A DNA stretch of 64,000 bases from contig CM074804.1 in the NCBI GenBank assembly GCA_037447605.1, forward strand, positions 6,487,909 through 6,551,908, given 5' to 3'. Shown in pieces: positions 12,101-24,734 of the stretch. Both the position numbers and the translations under genes were made by a program. How positions within the stretch are numbered: position 1 is the stretch's first letter; each line of letters starts with the position of its first letter. The notes under the pieces were generated by a model, which saw nothing but the letters and a program-made list of their open reading frames with translations, searched no databases and was not told the origin of the DNA. Origin of the DNA: Zygnema circumcarinatum SAG 698-1b. Taxonomy: Eukaryota > Plantae > Zygnematophyceae.

Positions 12101-14257
12101 GCAAGGGATTTGACGTTGATTGCCCTGTCAACGTTTGGGATACGTTACATTGGAGAACCAGAATCCACTCACAGACAAGACAAAACGTTCAATATGTACT
12201 GTTCCGCGGGACTTCTCGTCTTTTCTTATACACACCCCTCACTAGATTATTGGCCGTGTTCTGCAGCTCTCTCCTTTGGCAAATAAGAAAATTGGCTCAT
12301 TAACTTGAGATGATTCTAACACTACCAATACGAGAAACTCCTTTTCGACGAAGTGCCAATGCCCCACCAAGCAAATCCGCGACCCAAGGAGAAGCGCCAA
12401 GAGTTTCAAACAAATGAATTCATCAGAAAAGTGCAGTCTATTGCGATTCTTCACAACATATTTAAAGGGAGCAGGGCCACACCCTAAGCCCAGTGGGTCA
12501 ACAAGATCCGTCTGGCCAGAGGTGGCACTTTCACCGCCTCCTGCTTTTCGCATGTTTGGCATCGATGGAGGAGATGCAGGTGCGGCTCCTCGTGGATCAC
12601 GCATCTCCCGCACCTTCTTTACCAGCTGTACCACAAGTATGCAGCAAAATCACTCTACCGACTAGGATTTACAGACTGTTTATTGCTTCGCAGCTACAGA
12701 CTAGTAGGAGTTATCTATAAACTTAGGCTAGTCGCAAATTATCTCTAACAATTATCTAGGCTTTCATAGGAGAAACCTAATGCTTAAACAGTTGCGACGA
12801 CATCGTAAGTACATTCAACTTGGATTTACAACAACTTGCAGCTGGTCCTCATGCAGCTTGGATGAGAAAGCGTGTTGGATAAAGACAAGGGCATGTAGGT
12901 GTCTGTTGTCAATACCTCTTCCTCTCTCACATCCTCCCAAAGTTCAGGCTCTCCATGCAGGCCATCTCCATTCTCCTGTTCTCCTTTGTACTGAGGAGGT
13001 GTCCGCATGGCTGGTGGCGCCCGTGTTACAGAATCTCCTCTTATAACACGTGTCTCTTGCCGCTCCAAGGCCGCCTGTAGAAACTAGTTAACACGTTCAG
13101 AACTTGAGTGTGGCGCAGATTTATTGATAAAACACATGGAGAAAATGGTGACTCTTTTAGCTAATCCACTTATGATTTCAACCGTTGACAAAGACGAAAA
13201 AGCTCTTCAAACTCTAACACAATTGAATGATGTCCCATGAGATTATTCTTCTGTGCCTATAAGAACTATTTCGAGGAGATAGTTCCATGATCCACTTCTT
13301 GAGAAATAGATAAACCATCGGCCCTGCATCGTCTACAAGTCGTAGAATTAAGTTTCGCATTTTATTTGCGGACCTCGGAGTTTCAAGAATGAACAGAACC
13401 AAAGCACAAATCCGTCGACTGATTAGAGTAAATACAACTGTAACTTCATACGTCTTTTCTGAACTTAAACTCGTTCCAGTGCAAGAATCTCACGAAATCT
13501 GTCAAAACCGGGTCATTTCGTCTTCCTTTTTATAATTTAAATATGAGTGCAAAAAAGTCAATCACAGGAGGCACCGAGACGGCTTTCCATCCCTTCTGTG
13601 CAGAATGATAAAGCCTAAATCAAATCATTCCCGTAGCGCAGTTACATCATAAAGCATTACTTCCTTCAGTGTTTTTCCAATCCTAACAGTTGGCATTGTG
13701 CTTCCATTTGCTGATGTGCCCCATGTACACCCTCGAAACATACACCATATTTTCCAACCCATGCGAAAACTAAAATGTTCCTGCTTCCAAACGCTGCAGC
13801 ACCAAAACAATCTCCTCACCCTTCTTGTGTCCTCCGCCTCATCCTCTGATGAAATGCTGAGTACTTCGTCGTCTGAATCGTCATCTGGTGGCCGCTTTGG
13901 AGGCCCCGACGGCAGAGGAGCCCTCTTAGAGCCTCCAGGAGTTCGAGGAGGAGGAGGAGGCTTCCCTGCAGCGGCTCCAGCTGCGGGTTTCGAACCCGCT
14001 CCAGCACTCGACTTTCCCAAAAGGAACTTGGAAATTCCAGGATTTCCGACCTTGGAAAAAACCCCTGGCTTCTTTCCATCAGCTGTCGGTTGAGGTGCTC
14101 CCTGCGCCTCGCTCGCCTCTATTCGGGAGCCCTGCGCGCGGAAGAAGTCGTCCTCCTCTCTGTCGAGGTAGCCGCCTCCCCCCCGGCTGGACTTGTCATC
14201 CAGTCGTGCCGCCTGCTGCCTGAAAAACTCCTCCTCGTCGTCGTCGACCCCCGCCAT
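6176..14257 (-). CDS. SEC5: Exocyst complex component SEC5 (EXOC2)
   Basis: Manual exons: 14257-13820, 13074-12916, 12625-12483, 12124-12045, 11900-11706, 11601-11474, 11336-11172, 11062-10958, 10845-10633, 10481-10257, 10124-9990, 9877-9751, 9608-9398, 9230-8709, 8472-8328, 8116-8042, 7767-7711, 7594-7451, 7219-6992, 6748-6176. Plant SEC5 motifs: VLSISS, LVDPLGLG, KLVKDNFDIFISCK, RIRSVQGLLQRFRTLFNLPS, LLLELEPEADPIWHYL, LDANAFCQL, LDYFETVL. Confidence 0.95.
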
Positions 14258-14468
14258 GGCCGGGCCTTCGCAGCGCAAGCGCAGGAGGCAGGAGCAGGCG
14301 GGCAGGCAGGCAGGAAGGGAGGGAGGTAGCGAGGGAGGGAGGGACCCGACTCAGCACGACCGTATGACCGTACCGTTGTACGGCCATTATAAAAGTGTTT
14401 TAAAAACCGGCCTGACTTTTAGACTTTTTGTGAATGCCACTTCCATTTGCCTGACTTTAAGAGGAGGA

Positions 14469-14593
14469 GGATGCGACATTCATCTGGCGATGGCGATGGT
14501 GCCATCAAATGTGCATGGACAAAATCATCATGGGGAACGACGAGGAACTGGTCGCGAAGGACCTAAGGACAAGAGAAACAAGCGAGGAGCGAA
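14469..14593 (+). repeat. Dispersed ~120-bp repeat, copy A
   Basis: Core CATCAAATG...ATGGGGAACGACGAGGAACTGGTCGCGAAGGACCTAAG aligns with copies at ~48.9 kb (-) and ~54.0 kb (+). Confidence 0.85.
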
Positions 14594-15208
14594 TTGCAAT
14601 GCACGACAGTGTGTTCTAATGTCCATCCTTGTTGGCCTCATGTACCGGACGGTAGTAGTTGTTGGCGACGTTTTGTTCCCTGACATAAACAAACAGACGG
14701 TACATCGGTCGGTGGTTCATCATTTTTCTGCAGGCGGCTTGTGTTCAACTGGTGGTGTTGGCGGGGGGTGGTCCACTCGGGAGTACTACCGTACCGCAGT
14801 CACTTTTCTGTCCCAGGATCTATCTTGTATGCTGGTTTCTTTCCGAATGCTCTCTACCGTAAAAGCGAACAAGTTGAGAAATTGGTTCTCAATGTTCAAA
14901 CCTTTTCGACAGGTTTGAACATTGAACAGAAGGGCATTTTTTTTTTGTGTTTGAGAAATGAACAATATGAGGAAAAGTTCAATACGGTCGCTCACTTGTG
15001 TGGATTCCACTTTTCGCCACATAGGATTCGGACAACTTGCGGAGGATTTGAACAATCTGAGGGCTTCCAGTTAACTCCGGCCCAATTTTCACCTGCGACT
15101 TTTTGCGCCAGCAGATCAACGATTACCGTTCGGTCTTCAAGCTGGTCCATTTGGTTTCGAATTAGGAACCGTATTGAACAAGAACGTGGATAGGGTGCCT
15201 TGGCCGGG

Positions 15209-15249
15209 AAAACACTAAAAACCCTATAAACCCTAAAAAACCCTAAAAA
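15209..15249 (+). repeat. Degenerate telomere-like / telo-box array (AAACCCTA)
   Basis: aaaacactaaaaaccctataaaccctaaaaaaccctaaaaac. Confidence 0.7.
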
Positions 15250-15374
15250 CACAGACGCAGAAGGTACTCCCTAGTCTCGTACTTTATTCAGTTGCTAGAA
15301 CTCCTATAAAGTGTGCCACGATACAAAAATGCTTTTGGCCCTCTACTCCTGGTGGCAAACTGCTAGAAACTGCG

Positions 15375-18300
15375 TTACAAAGACGAGGGAGGCTGCTTTA
15401 CCACCTGTGGGTAACGGCCCAAGGAGTTGAAAAGAATGTAGTCACCTGAGACCACCTGAGTGACAATCACCAAAAGAAAGAAAAGGTTGCGATCAGGACC
15501 TTCGTAACTGCTTTCCTCTGAAGTTGGACACCATGCATTAAGTCAAGACAGGTGCCGAAAAAGAAAACCAAACAAGCAGGCGCCTACAGTATCGCACTTA
15601 ACCAGTATATTTAAGCAGTATGTAAACTGCACATACTAAAAAGAATGAGCTCAGGAAATTTTAACATTAATTTTAATTTTAATTTTAATGTTAATTAAAC
15701 TACAACATATTATCGCGCAAGACTCAAGTGCGAGCAGGCGTGACAAAATGATAGCATACTCACTCGAAGGAGTGAAAGTAGCCAGGCAACACTTCCGGAA
15801 AAACTACCACGAGATTAGTGATGCGCATTCACTGCTATCGACATGCTATTCCCACATCAACTGCGATTCCCTTCTTTCAACAAGATTGGAGTCAGAGTCT
15901 GAATTTGTTTCCCAGAATGAAAAGATGCCATAAAAAATACCGCTTACCTCATATGCAATTTCTATAGGCGCCCTTGTTGCAGGATATATTCCCACCTGTC
16001 TTCCCCAAACCAAGCAAACCCTTGTGTGAACTTATGGCACTACTATCCAACCAAAGAAGCGAACAGGCAACAGCAGACCCGTTCTCTTGCGTCGCAAGGT
16101 TTTGCAAGTGGTAGAGTGGTGCTCCAATCAAATGCAACGAGTGAGTGAGTACATTGTACCTTTTTCGTATCTACAGTGATAGTTGTCATCAAACCTCCGA
16201 CCAGCTTAAAGGCCACCTGCCATACCACAGCCACTTCTTGAACGAGGTCATGCACCTCAACCTCTTCTGCACCTGAAGCCTACTTTATTCCACTATCAGG
16301 CAATTATAGCCACTGTGAGGAATGAAGAATGGGATGATATTAGAGGCGAAAGAAAAAATCTTATGTGGAAAGCAAAGATAACAGACCTTGGCACAATCAT
16401 AAGCTTCCCAAGAGAAGGGATCGTCCCAGTCAGCCGTTTGTAATTCTTCTTCCCTCACCCATGACCCTGGGATGTCATCCAAGTCTCCATTCGTTTGTTT
16501 CAGGGAGCCTGCATCCTCCCCTTCACAATCACTATCCCCTTCCTCCCTTTCTCCCGATGGGCATTTCTCATTCCGTCTCGATTTTTCAGGAAGTGGAAGG
16601 AACCTTATGGTGCCTGGAAAGGTAGCTTCAAAGCTTCGGCCCGAGTATCCTCGTCCTCCGGTCACTATTTTCCATTCCACTACATGTTCACTACTTGACG
16701 CCGCTCCAAGGGATGGGATGCCATCGAAGCCGATAATGCTCCGTCTTGGGAAGGGCATAGATAATGTACAGAAGTCCATGTTTACAGGAGAGCGGTAACC
16801 CTCCATCAGCTTCAGCTTTATGAGGAATTGCGCTTCGACTTCAGAAACCATTTGCAGTTGATAGAAGCCTTGGAGAGGCAAGCGGGGACTTTCGGGTAAG
16901 GCTTCATAGTGAGCCAACTCGAATGGGCCAAGTGGGGGCGAGAACAGAAGTGTATACCCCGTGGAGACAGTCTCTGGTGTCTGCATCAAAATCTCTAGGA
17001 CAATTGAAATGTAAGATACAATCATCCATGGCATAAAGCTGGGACAAAAGATCATCATTTGCTTTGGACATCGCCCATTTGTTTTAAGTGTAACCTGGCA
17101 AGAATGAAGCATAAACAACATAAACGAATTAGCATGTTGAGAACTGCTTAAGCAGGGATGCATCTTCTTGTAACTGAAATTCCCAAGAACACACCGTCAC
17201 TAAGCCTCTAAAGCTATGGTTCCTTCCTCTTTCACCTTAGTCTCTCTCACCTGACAGCACGGATGAACAGTAAGTGAAGTGACGCCTTCTGATTTTGTGG
17301 CAGCCAATGAGAGAGTGATTTCAGGCAGACCTTCGAGATCGCAGCGGCATTTCACCAATCCTTCAACTTTACAGACATCATTCACTTCATCTCTGTCATA
17401 GAGAGCTGCGGCGACCATTTCTCTTAGAAGAATAGATATCTTGTACCGTCCTCCCTGAAAAAGCTGGGGCTTCCATGCTGGCTGTTTCACATCCCCCGGC
17501 AGACTGTCCTGTAAGCTTCCTTGAAGCTGGGCCCTCAAGCCGCCAACTGTAGTGGGGTTCAGGTCAAGAGGAGTACCTGTCGAAGGTCCCTCCCAAAACC
17601 AACAGATTTAAACAAATGTCATTTGCTGTAGAAGATGGTTCTGCCTCATATATCCCAAATGTACGCGGAGAGTGTGCATGAGAGAGAGAGAGAAGGGGGG
17701 GGAGGGGGGGGGGGGGGGGTGGGGGGTAAAAAGAGAAATTTAAAGAAACAGTGGAGGCGCTGGGGGGATTAGCCGCCTGTTTGAACCCGTTTCTGTGACA
17801 TTACGCTAGAGAAAACTCACCGAATGGCATGGCTGTGCATATAAATGCTCGCAGAGCTTCCGTTTCTGCTGCTTTCAGCATCACCTTCCCCTTTGGTTTT
17901 GGAGCCATGGCTGCCACATTTGTTGCTGGAATCGGTGCTCCCTTGGGTCGCACTGGCAGGCCCATACCAGCTGAGAGACTGTCGAGCAGTCCTCCAACAG
18001 ATGGCGCCATGTTGGTTTGCTCTTGGAGGGAGTCCGTGATGATATCACCAACGACATGCGCGAGAAGGAAAGCACTAAGAACGAAAGTGCAAAGAGAAAC
18101 AAAGAAAATCGACAAACGACGGAAAAATCAAATTGTGAAGTAGATATGTACGCATTCGGATTCTCAGAAGGAAACTTCTATTCAATAAAAAAGCCTATTG
18201 CAAAGAAAGCAAGATGAGGGTGTGAAAGAGATAAAGTAGGAAGGACGTTAGAGGGTCATTGACCAAAACAGACCTCAAACCTTGTGGAACTTTTTTTTCA

Positions 18301-20287
18301 GACAGTACAATCAAACAACCTCCAACCTTTACGATCTGAAATTTCTTCTATTACTGGAGTCTAACGGCTCATCGTAACATAAGGACAAAAGAAAGAGTAC
18401 GTACATAAGCTGTCACGCTGTACCAAGATGAGGCTTAACACCTACATACATCTGCCTACTTTGTCTCTTGCACTGCGTGTGACGTTTCACTAATTCACCT
18501 TGTAATAGCCGGCAGATCTCTCAAAATCTCTGGTAGCCCTCCCGTACCATGTCCATTGGAATGGCTTGAAATTGAGCCTCCACAATCGGATTGCCACCTA
18601 AGCTTTTCATATGCCACCAGGTGCCGAGGCTCCACCAATGGGAGCACAAGGATGTAAAATGGGCCTTTTGAATGGACAATAAGTGGCCATAGGAGCCTGC
18701 CAGACACTGCCGTTGCCCCAAAGTCGGTTCTTGAAAGTTGTTCCTTTGTAGAAGTACCTTTGACAGGAGCCGATGTGACAGTTGGCGTGTCATCCCTAAT
18801 GAGTAAACTTATAATGTGACGAGTAATAGGATCGTCCAGCCAATCAGTGGTTCCAGGAACAGACGAAGCGTCACGGACACCTCTGCTACGGCTCGTCTTC
18901 TGTCTGTGCAAAGCGTGCCAAGCCATAAAAGGGCCAAAAAAAACCAATTACAACCAAACGACAGTGACGACCATGAACGAAATGTAGTCCTTTCGTCCTC
19001 TCTAATCACACTGTCTCACCGCTTTCTCACCTCGCCTCTCCTTTTCAGCGAACATATTGTATTCATGAGCTTCAAAATTGTTGAAGGTCAAAGAGGTTGC
19101 CACAAATGAAACGACAATACATAGTTCCAATTCAATCCCCGAAATTGAAGTCATTTCAGCAATCCATCAAGCAGAATTAAAGCATACGCTCACCTTTCAC
19201 AATGTTGAGCAAAGGCTTTTCCAAAATCGGCATCAAAGGGAAGAGCGGCATACTTCGAGAAATGTCGGCTCGAAGTACCCTCTGCACTTTCTTGCTCTGT
19301 CTGGGCCTGCGAAAAGAAACCAGAATAGCGGAAAACAATGTCGCAGAGTATTGGTTCTGAAAAACGCTTCATCATTTCATAGTGAATTAAGATCCAAAAT
19401 CAAGCTTGAGCCCTCGTTTCTACAACCAAATGCTGACAAGAGCTGCTAGTTTAAGATGTACAAGAGATGAGTTACCTGTCAACAACCCAGTTTTAATTAA
19501 TTACTAAGTAATAATGAGCAGGAGTCATGAATCATAAGCGAAGCGTGGAAAGTTCCTAAATTAAAAAAAAAAAGCTCACTTGAAGCATGGTTCAACCGCA
19601 CTAGCCATCATACTAGCACGTTGTTTTTCACTTGATCCAAGGTTCTACCTTTGACCAGCTTCTCAAGCTTCCCGAACCGGAGACAAACGGCTAAGAATAT
19701 CCAAAATTAATGAAATCGCGATCAAAAGACTAGCCGCTTGAGACGATTCTAACAAGTATACCACTGAGAAGTCTATCCCGCTTCTCTCGAAAGCTGATTG
19801 CTGATGGTTACTTTTAACTGTTTGAAAGGAAAACCTAAGAAGGAAGGGGTTGCAATGAATGGTTACCTGAGTGTAAGACAGACGCCACTGCCTCTCCACC
19901 GTCGGGAATCGCCTGCACCTTGTAGCAAACCTAAGTAAAAAAAAATGCTGATAGCCCTCTCGTTCATGAGTAACTTAACTCCAGCTGAAGGTGGAAACTA
20001 ATATCCTCTCCATTACGAAGAAATGGATTTCCTAAATTACCCTGGTAAACTATACCTTTCACTTTTAACCATCGCTCATTCATTTCAACGTGCCGCCTTT
20101 TATAAAATCTGTATGAAAGTGGTCCATTGCCAAAAACACGCTTAAAAGTTCGGCGAGTGCCGACAAGGAGAGTAACAGGCCTGCATTTCAGTGTCAGTCC
20201 CTCGAGGGGGGGCAGCCCTCACCGGGAGAAGCAGACAGTGCAGTCGTCGCTGAGCACCCACAGCGCTCGCACGCCACACTCTCCCAT
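15375..20287 (-). CDS. AP5M1: AP-5 adaptor complex mu subunit
   Basis: Exons: 20287-20223 (MGECGVRALWVL), 19912-19867 (RFPTVERQW), 19306-19194, 18903-18499 (DWLDDPITRHII, LWPLIVH, ILVLPLVEP), 18074-17821, 17576-17251 (GTPLDL, KQPAWKP, YDRDE), 16980-16387 (FSPPLG, GFYQL, MPFPRR, FEATFPG, DPFSWEAYD), 16216-16160, 15995-15948, 15455-15375 (VVSGDYILFNSLG). Matches plant AP5M. Confidence 0.93.
17695..17726. repeat. Poly-G tract (after a GA run) in an AP5M intron
   Basis: About 30 nt that are almost all G. Confidence 0.85.
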
Positions 20288-20520
20288 GGCGCCGGTCCTC
20301 CCTTCTCCCTCCCAACTGGCTAACCCTTCAGCTCGGCTACCTTCCTTGATGATGCGGCCATGGTTTCCCTTTTACGCATTGGCCCGCCTGCGCTCCAACT
20401 GCGGGAGTACGGCTCCAGTCTCAGGCCCCGAGGGCGCGCGTTTCGGTTTCAAGAAACCTCTGCTAAATAGAAGCCATGGCTGGAAGCTCGCAAAACTGAA
20501 GGCAGACAAGGACGACAAAG

Positions 20521-23500
20521 ATGTGTAGAGCGGCCACCCTCCATCTGTATTGGCCTGAAGGGCAGGGATCGAGCTCAGGCGGTCTTTCAGCTGAGTCTTC
20601 AGGCGCCTTGGTGGGATGGTGGAGTGAGTCGCCGTGCGGATGCCTGCACGTGCTTGTTGCAGCTGTCAACGCTCCGCCTGCCTCGCTGTTGCCACTGCAG
20701 GTGCTCCTCCCTGCCCTTGGTTTCCGGCTTTCATCTGCGTAGAGCCATATTAGTGGCTTCATTGGCTATCCTTCCACTGCGAGTGCTTGGCATTGCTACA
20801 TTGTTGGTGCGAGGCTTACGTGTTGTTGCTATGATTCATTGATCATTATTTGACTGTCGCAGACGGCGAGCAGTGAGGGCATCGAGCGTCTGGCGCCGGC
20901 TCTTCTTGGAGAGTACAGGTTGAAAGAAGCTAAAGTCGTGAATTCTCAGATGGACTCTGAATGCTATGTTCCTCGTTCCCTTTCGTGTTCATCCCGACAT
21001 AGCCTAGAGGATAGCAATTTGGTTCAACAAATGGCACACGGAGATGGGGCATCATGTCTCGAGGCATCTCCACTCGTCAATACCGGCGGTGGATGGAGTA
21101 GTGATGGCGAAGGTGGAAGTGGGGGCCGTATTCTAGGCGTAAACGCTGAATACGGTGAGGAGAAGGGACAGGAAGAGTCGTTTGGAACGAGATGTAGCCA
21201 GAGAGCGGACAGGTGTAAGTTTCCTGTGGTCGAACAAAGTGCATTTGTGTTAAAGCCAGCTGTGCACGGAAGCAAATTTTGGATGCAAGTTGAAGGAGCT
21301 GTACTTCGGAACACTTCAACTGGATCAGTGGGCAATTTTCCTGTCAATGTGACGCTGCGAGTTGGAGGTCAGACTCGTCGTCCATTGTTCAAAGTTAGTG
21401 ATCGATTGCTTCTTCATTTCCCCAAACTCAATTTGTAATACCTGCGTTCCCCAGACCGCGCAAGGAGGACGATGTTGGCCCTTTGCTTTGCCTTTTCACA
21501 AACTTGAAATTCTGTTGTCAAACTTCTCTTCGATTTTATGCCTCGGTTTGTAGGTCATTCTGTATGAACAACCACAATACGGGAGAAGCCACTACTCCTT
21601 TTTCCAATGGTCGCCTCCTACATATTCATGGGGTGTTCCCTCCCAACAGTTGAAGCGTCCTTCCCTAGAAAAGTTGCCTCCATGGCTGGCAGGACTTGCG
21701 CCTCCTGTGGCCATGAGGACAGGCATAGTGAGTTCTTCATGCGTCCGCTCCACGGTTGTTCTAGGAATGAGGGTGTGATGAGGAGAGAAGGTTGAGTTAA
21801 GAGAGAGAATAGGCATTTGGTTGATGATCATGGCATAGTACGGACTTGAGGAAGTTGAGAGCTGAAACTGAGTCTTATTTTTCTTGTCTACTAATTATTC
21901 GGATCCAGAGCTGTCAGCGTATACACGTTATATTGCTTATTTTACAATTTGAAAGGTGGATGGTCATAATGACCTGTAACTTAGAAAGTTGACTATCCGT
22001 AATCCACCACTCTGTCTAGGATGATGTCTAAGAGTGGCTCAAAGCAACCAAACGGAAGGGAGCGCAAGCTTCTAGCTGAGCCTCACTTGAAGTTGCAAAG
22101 GTGCGACGGTCCAGTCCAAGGTGTCAGCTTTTAAGTCCAAGTGCAATAGTGCCAAGATGTTTGTGATTGTCCGGCACCTGCTGTGCGTTCGCAGTGTGCT
22201 CTTTAAAGAGCTACTGCACCGGTGAGCTGGGTGCGATGGATGCCTAAATCACCCAACGCTAAATACCTGTTTCGGTGGTATTAAGTGCGGTTGTAGACTC
22301 TGACAACCAAATTCAATTGTCTATAGCAGATGTTACGAATTTCAGAAGCAGTCCCTTCAATTTCAAGGCAACACCGCCCTTCCGGTTTGGAATTGTTTCG
22401 TACGTTTCGTTCATAACAAAAACTTCGTGTCTTTTGCAGATGAGTATCTTTTCAAACATCAATGTCACGTTCGCCGACCATCCGTTTCAGAATCGGTATG
22501 GTCACCATGACAGCTAGACGAATTTAATCAATTGTAAGCAAGCACTTATGGAGGAGTAATCCTTCAAATTCAAGCAGACATGATATACATGAACTACTGC
22601 GCACAACCTGTGCACTGTCTGCTCGACAATACACGTTCATGTCGCAGTTAGATTTTCCATCGATTTCACCTTTGAACTGTAATTCCGATCTACCAAGTAC
22701 ACCTGACTACCAAGTACAGCTGTAGCTGTTCTTCACATCTATTGGCTTGTCAACCTGCAAGCCTGCGTATCCACTCCTTTACTTTCCGGTTTTGACTTCT
22801 TGGCCTCTTTCTGAAACCTTCTGATTTATCTAACTGCATTTCGCTTGTTATTGCTACAGACGTCCTGCCAGCATTCCAATGAAAGTCATGGCTGCAACAT
22901 TTGCAGCCGGTTGCGCATTGATACATGTCCTTTCAGGGGCCTGGCTTTTTGCCCTTGCTCAGTTTCGCTTTTTTAGGAACTGGCTGCCACTTCCCAACCT
23001 TTTGCGTGCACTAGAACTCAGATGTGAGGAAATTCGATCCTGGCCGATGTCCTTTTCTCCTCAGCCACAGTAAGTCATTTCTTCTCACCTGTCCTGCGCT
23101 AGGGCTGATTGGATCTTGAAGATGAGCTTGACCTATGCAACGAAGGTCCTCCAGATACTGTTAGTAGATATAGTAAAAGAACAGGCAGCTTTGGATAACT
23201 TCTGAAGCGCTTCCTTTTTTTCTGGTTTATAAGCACACCATCTGATGGTAGCTTTCTGCACAGCTTTGTGCAGGGCTTCCACTGGCGAGCCTTTACCTAC
23301 AGATGTGGCAGCGTACCATTCGTCCCAGCTCCTGTGCTATTCTCCGTTAATGTCTCTGCTCGCGGACACTTTCCTCGGCTTTGTGGCTGGCAGCTTGTTA
23401 TTGCTAAATTACAACGCAGCAGCTGCTTGGTTGCATGACGCTGGCCACGCACTAATGGACAATATCCTTAGAACCGGAGTCACTCTTCTAATGGACGAAC

Positions 23501-24734
23501 CTGCGGGGATTAAGCTGAATACAGAGCTTGTCAAGGCATTGGGAACTCTTTCATGGCAAATCATCGAGCTTGGAGCTTGGGTTGTAACCAAAGCGAGCTG
23601 CTTTCTGCAACCAGCTGTCAGCTGCTTAGCGGTTCTTGCTCCGCTATGGGGATTTGCAGCTTCTGGAGCTTTTTGGGCTGATCTAATCTCACTAGTGACC
23701 TTCCAAGTGACGGCGCTTTATTGTATTTTAGCTACTCTTTATCATCATCAGCTGCGAGTCGTCGCATCCCTGTGGCGATTTTTCATGTGAGAGTTCGCCC
23801 TAATCGCCATTGCGGTGGTTCCTGACCAAATTAAGAGTTACGGCTTTACGTGTAATGCTGTTTTCAAGGCTCCTTCCTGTCACTTATGCTTTTCTGCCTT
23901 TCCACTTGCAGGGGGCGAAAATGGAATCCTTTGCAAGATCGAACAGAGTCTGTCTCCGCCTCTGTTGAACAAATTGTTGTTGCGTCTCTTTTGTTCACAA
24001 TTGCTGTTCTGCTTCTTCCGACGACCTCCATTTTTTACATCTTCTTCGCCACAGTCTATATGCTCTCACGATTGGTGTCGCTCGGACTGTTAACAACAGC
24101 AGCTGCTGTAAGGGCCTTTCCCTTCTATTCAGTGGCGTTGTGGCTATTCCGCCCTGGATTATTTCCTTCTGGAATATTTTTTCAGCCAGTAGATCTTTGC
24201 CCATTGGTGGACATGAACACTGGGATTGTTCATATAAAGAGCTTGAAGGTAACTCACAATGAGCTACATATACCTTGTGGAGTCGATGAGAGCGGCGCTA
24301 CAGTTGAAGAGCAAGGACTGACAGATAAGGAAAGGAGCAGCAGTGGCTGGAGCAGTAGGAATTCGGAAGCGACGAAGAACTCGGTACCAAATCATGAGAA
24401 TCTGGATGGTAGTGCCTTTGCCACAAGGTTGAGCTGGCAATTAGATATGACAGAGAGGTATGGTCATGGAGTGACAGATGAATCGTCTCATAGTGGAGAG
24501 GCTGGGAGGAGGCTGGGAGGAGAAACAAAGGAAAGGGCTCCTAACGAGACTTCAATGGGCCTGAATTGTGGAGTCAATGGCTGTGGGCATGCAGCTCAAT
24601 ACCTGAAGATGCGAACTCAGGTTGCATCATTAAGTGAGCACCTTGACTTGGCATTGTCAGGGTTTGGTTTTTTTTGGGGTTCACTAGTGACTTGCTGGAT
24701 TAAAAGTTTGACCTCCTATAGCGCCTTTGAATAG
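20521..24734 (+). CDS. PIGQ: GPI N-acetylglucosaminyltransferase subunit PIG-Q/GPI1
   Basis: Exon 1 20521-20700 (LHLYWP...LVGWW); exon from 20863; exon from 21555 (VILYEQPQYG); ~22937-23069 (LELRCEEIRSWP); 23274-23786 (LMDEPAGIKLNTEL...LRVVASLWRFF); 23912-24734 (GRKWNPLQDR..EQIVVASLLFT.AVLLLPTT). These are hallmark Gpi1-domain motifs. The middle exons are not fully resolved. Confidence 0.88.

Noticed and set aside
14741-15193. 150-aa + strand ORF (and 89-aa - strand ORF) between SEC5 and AP5M
   Set aside because: No recognisable motifs or splice support; more likely repeat-derived.
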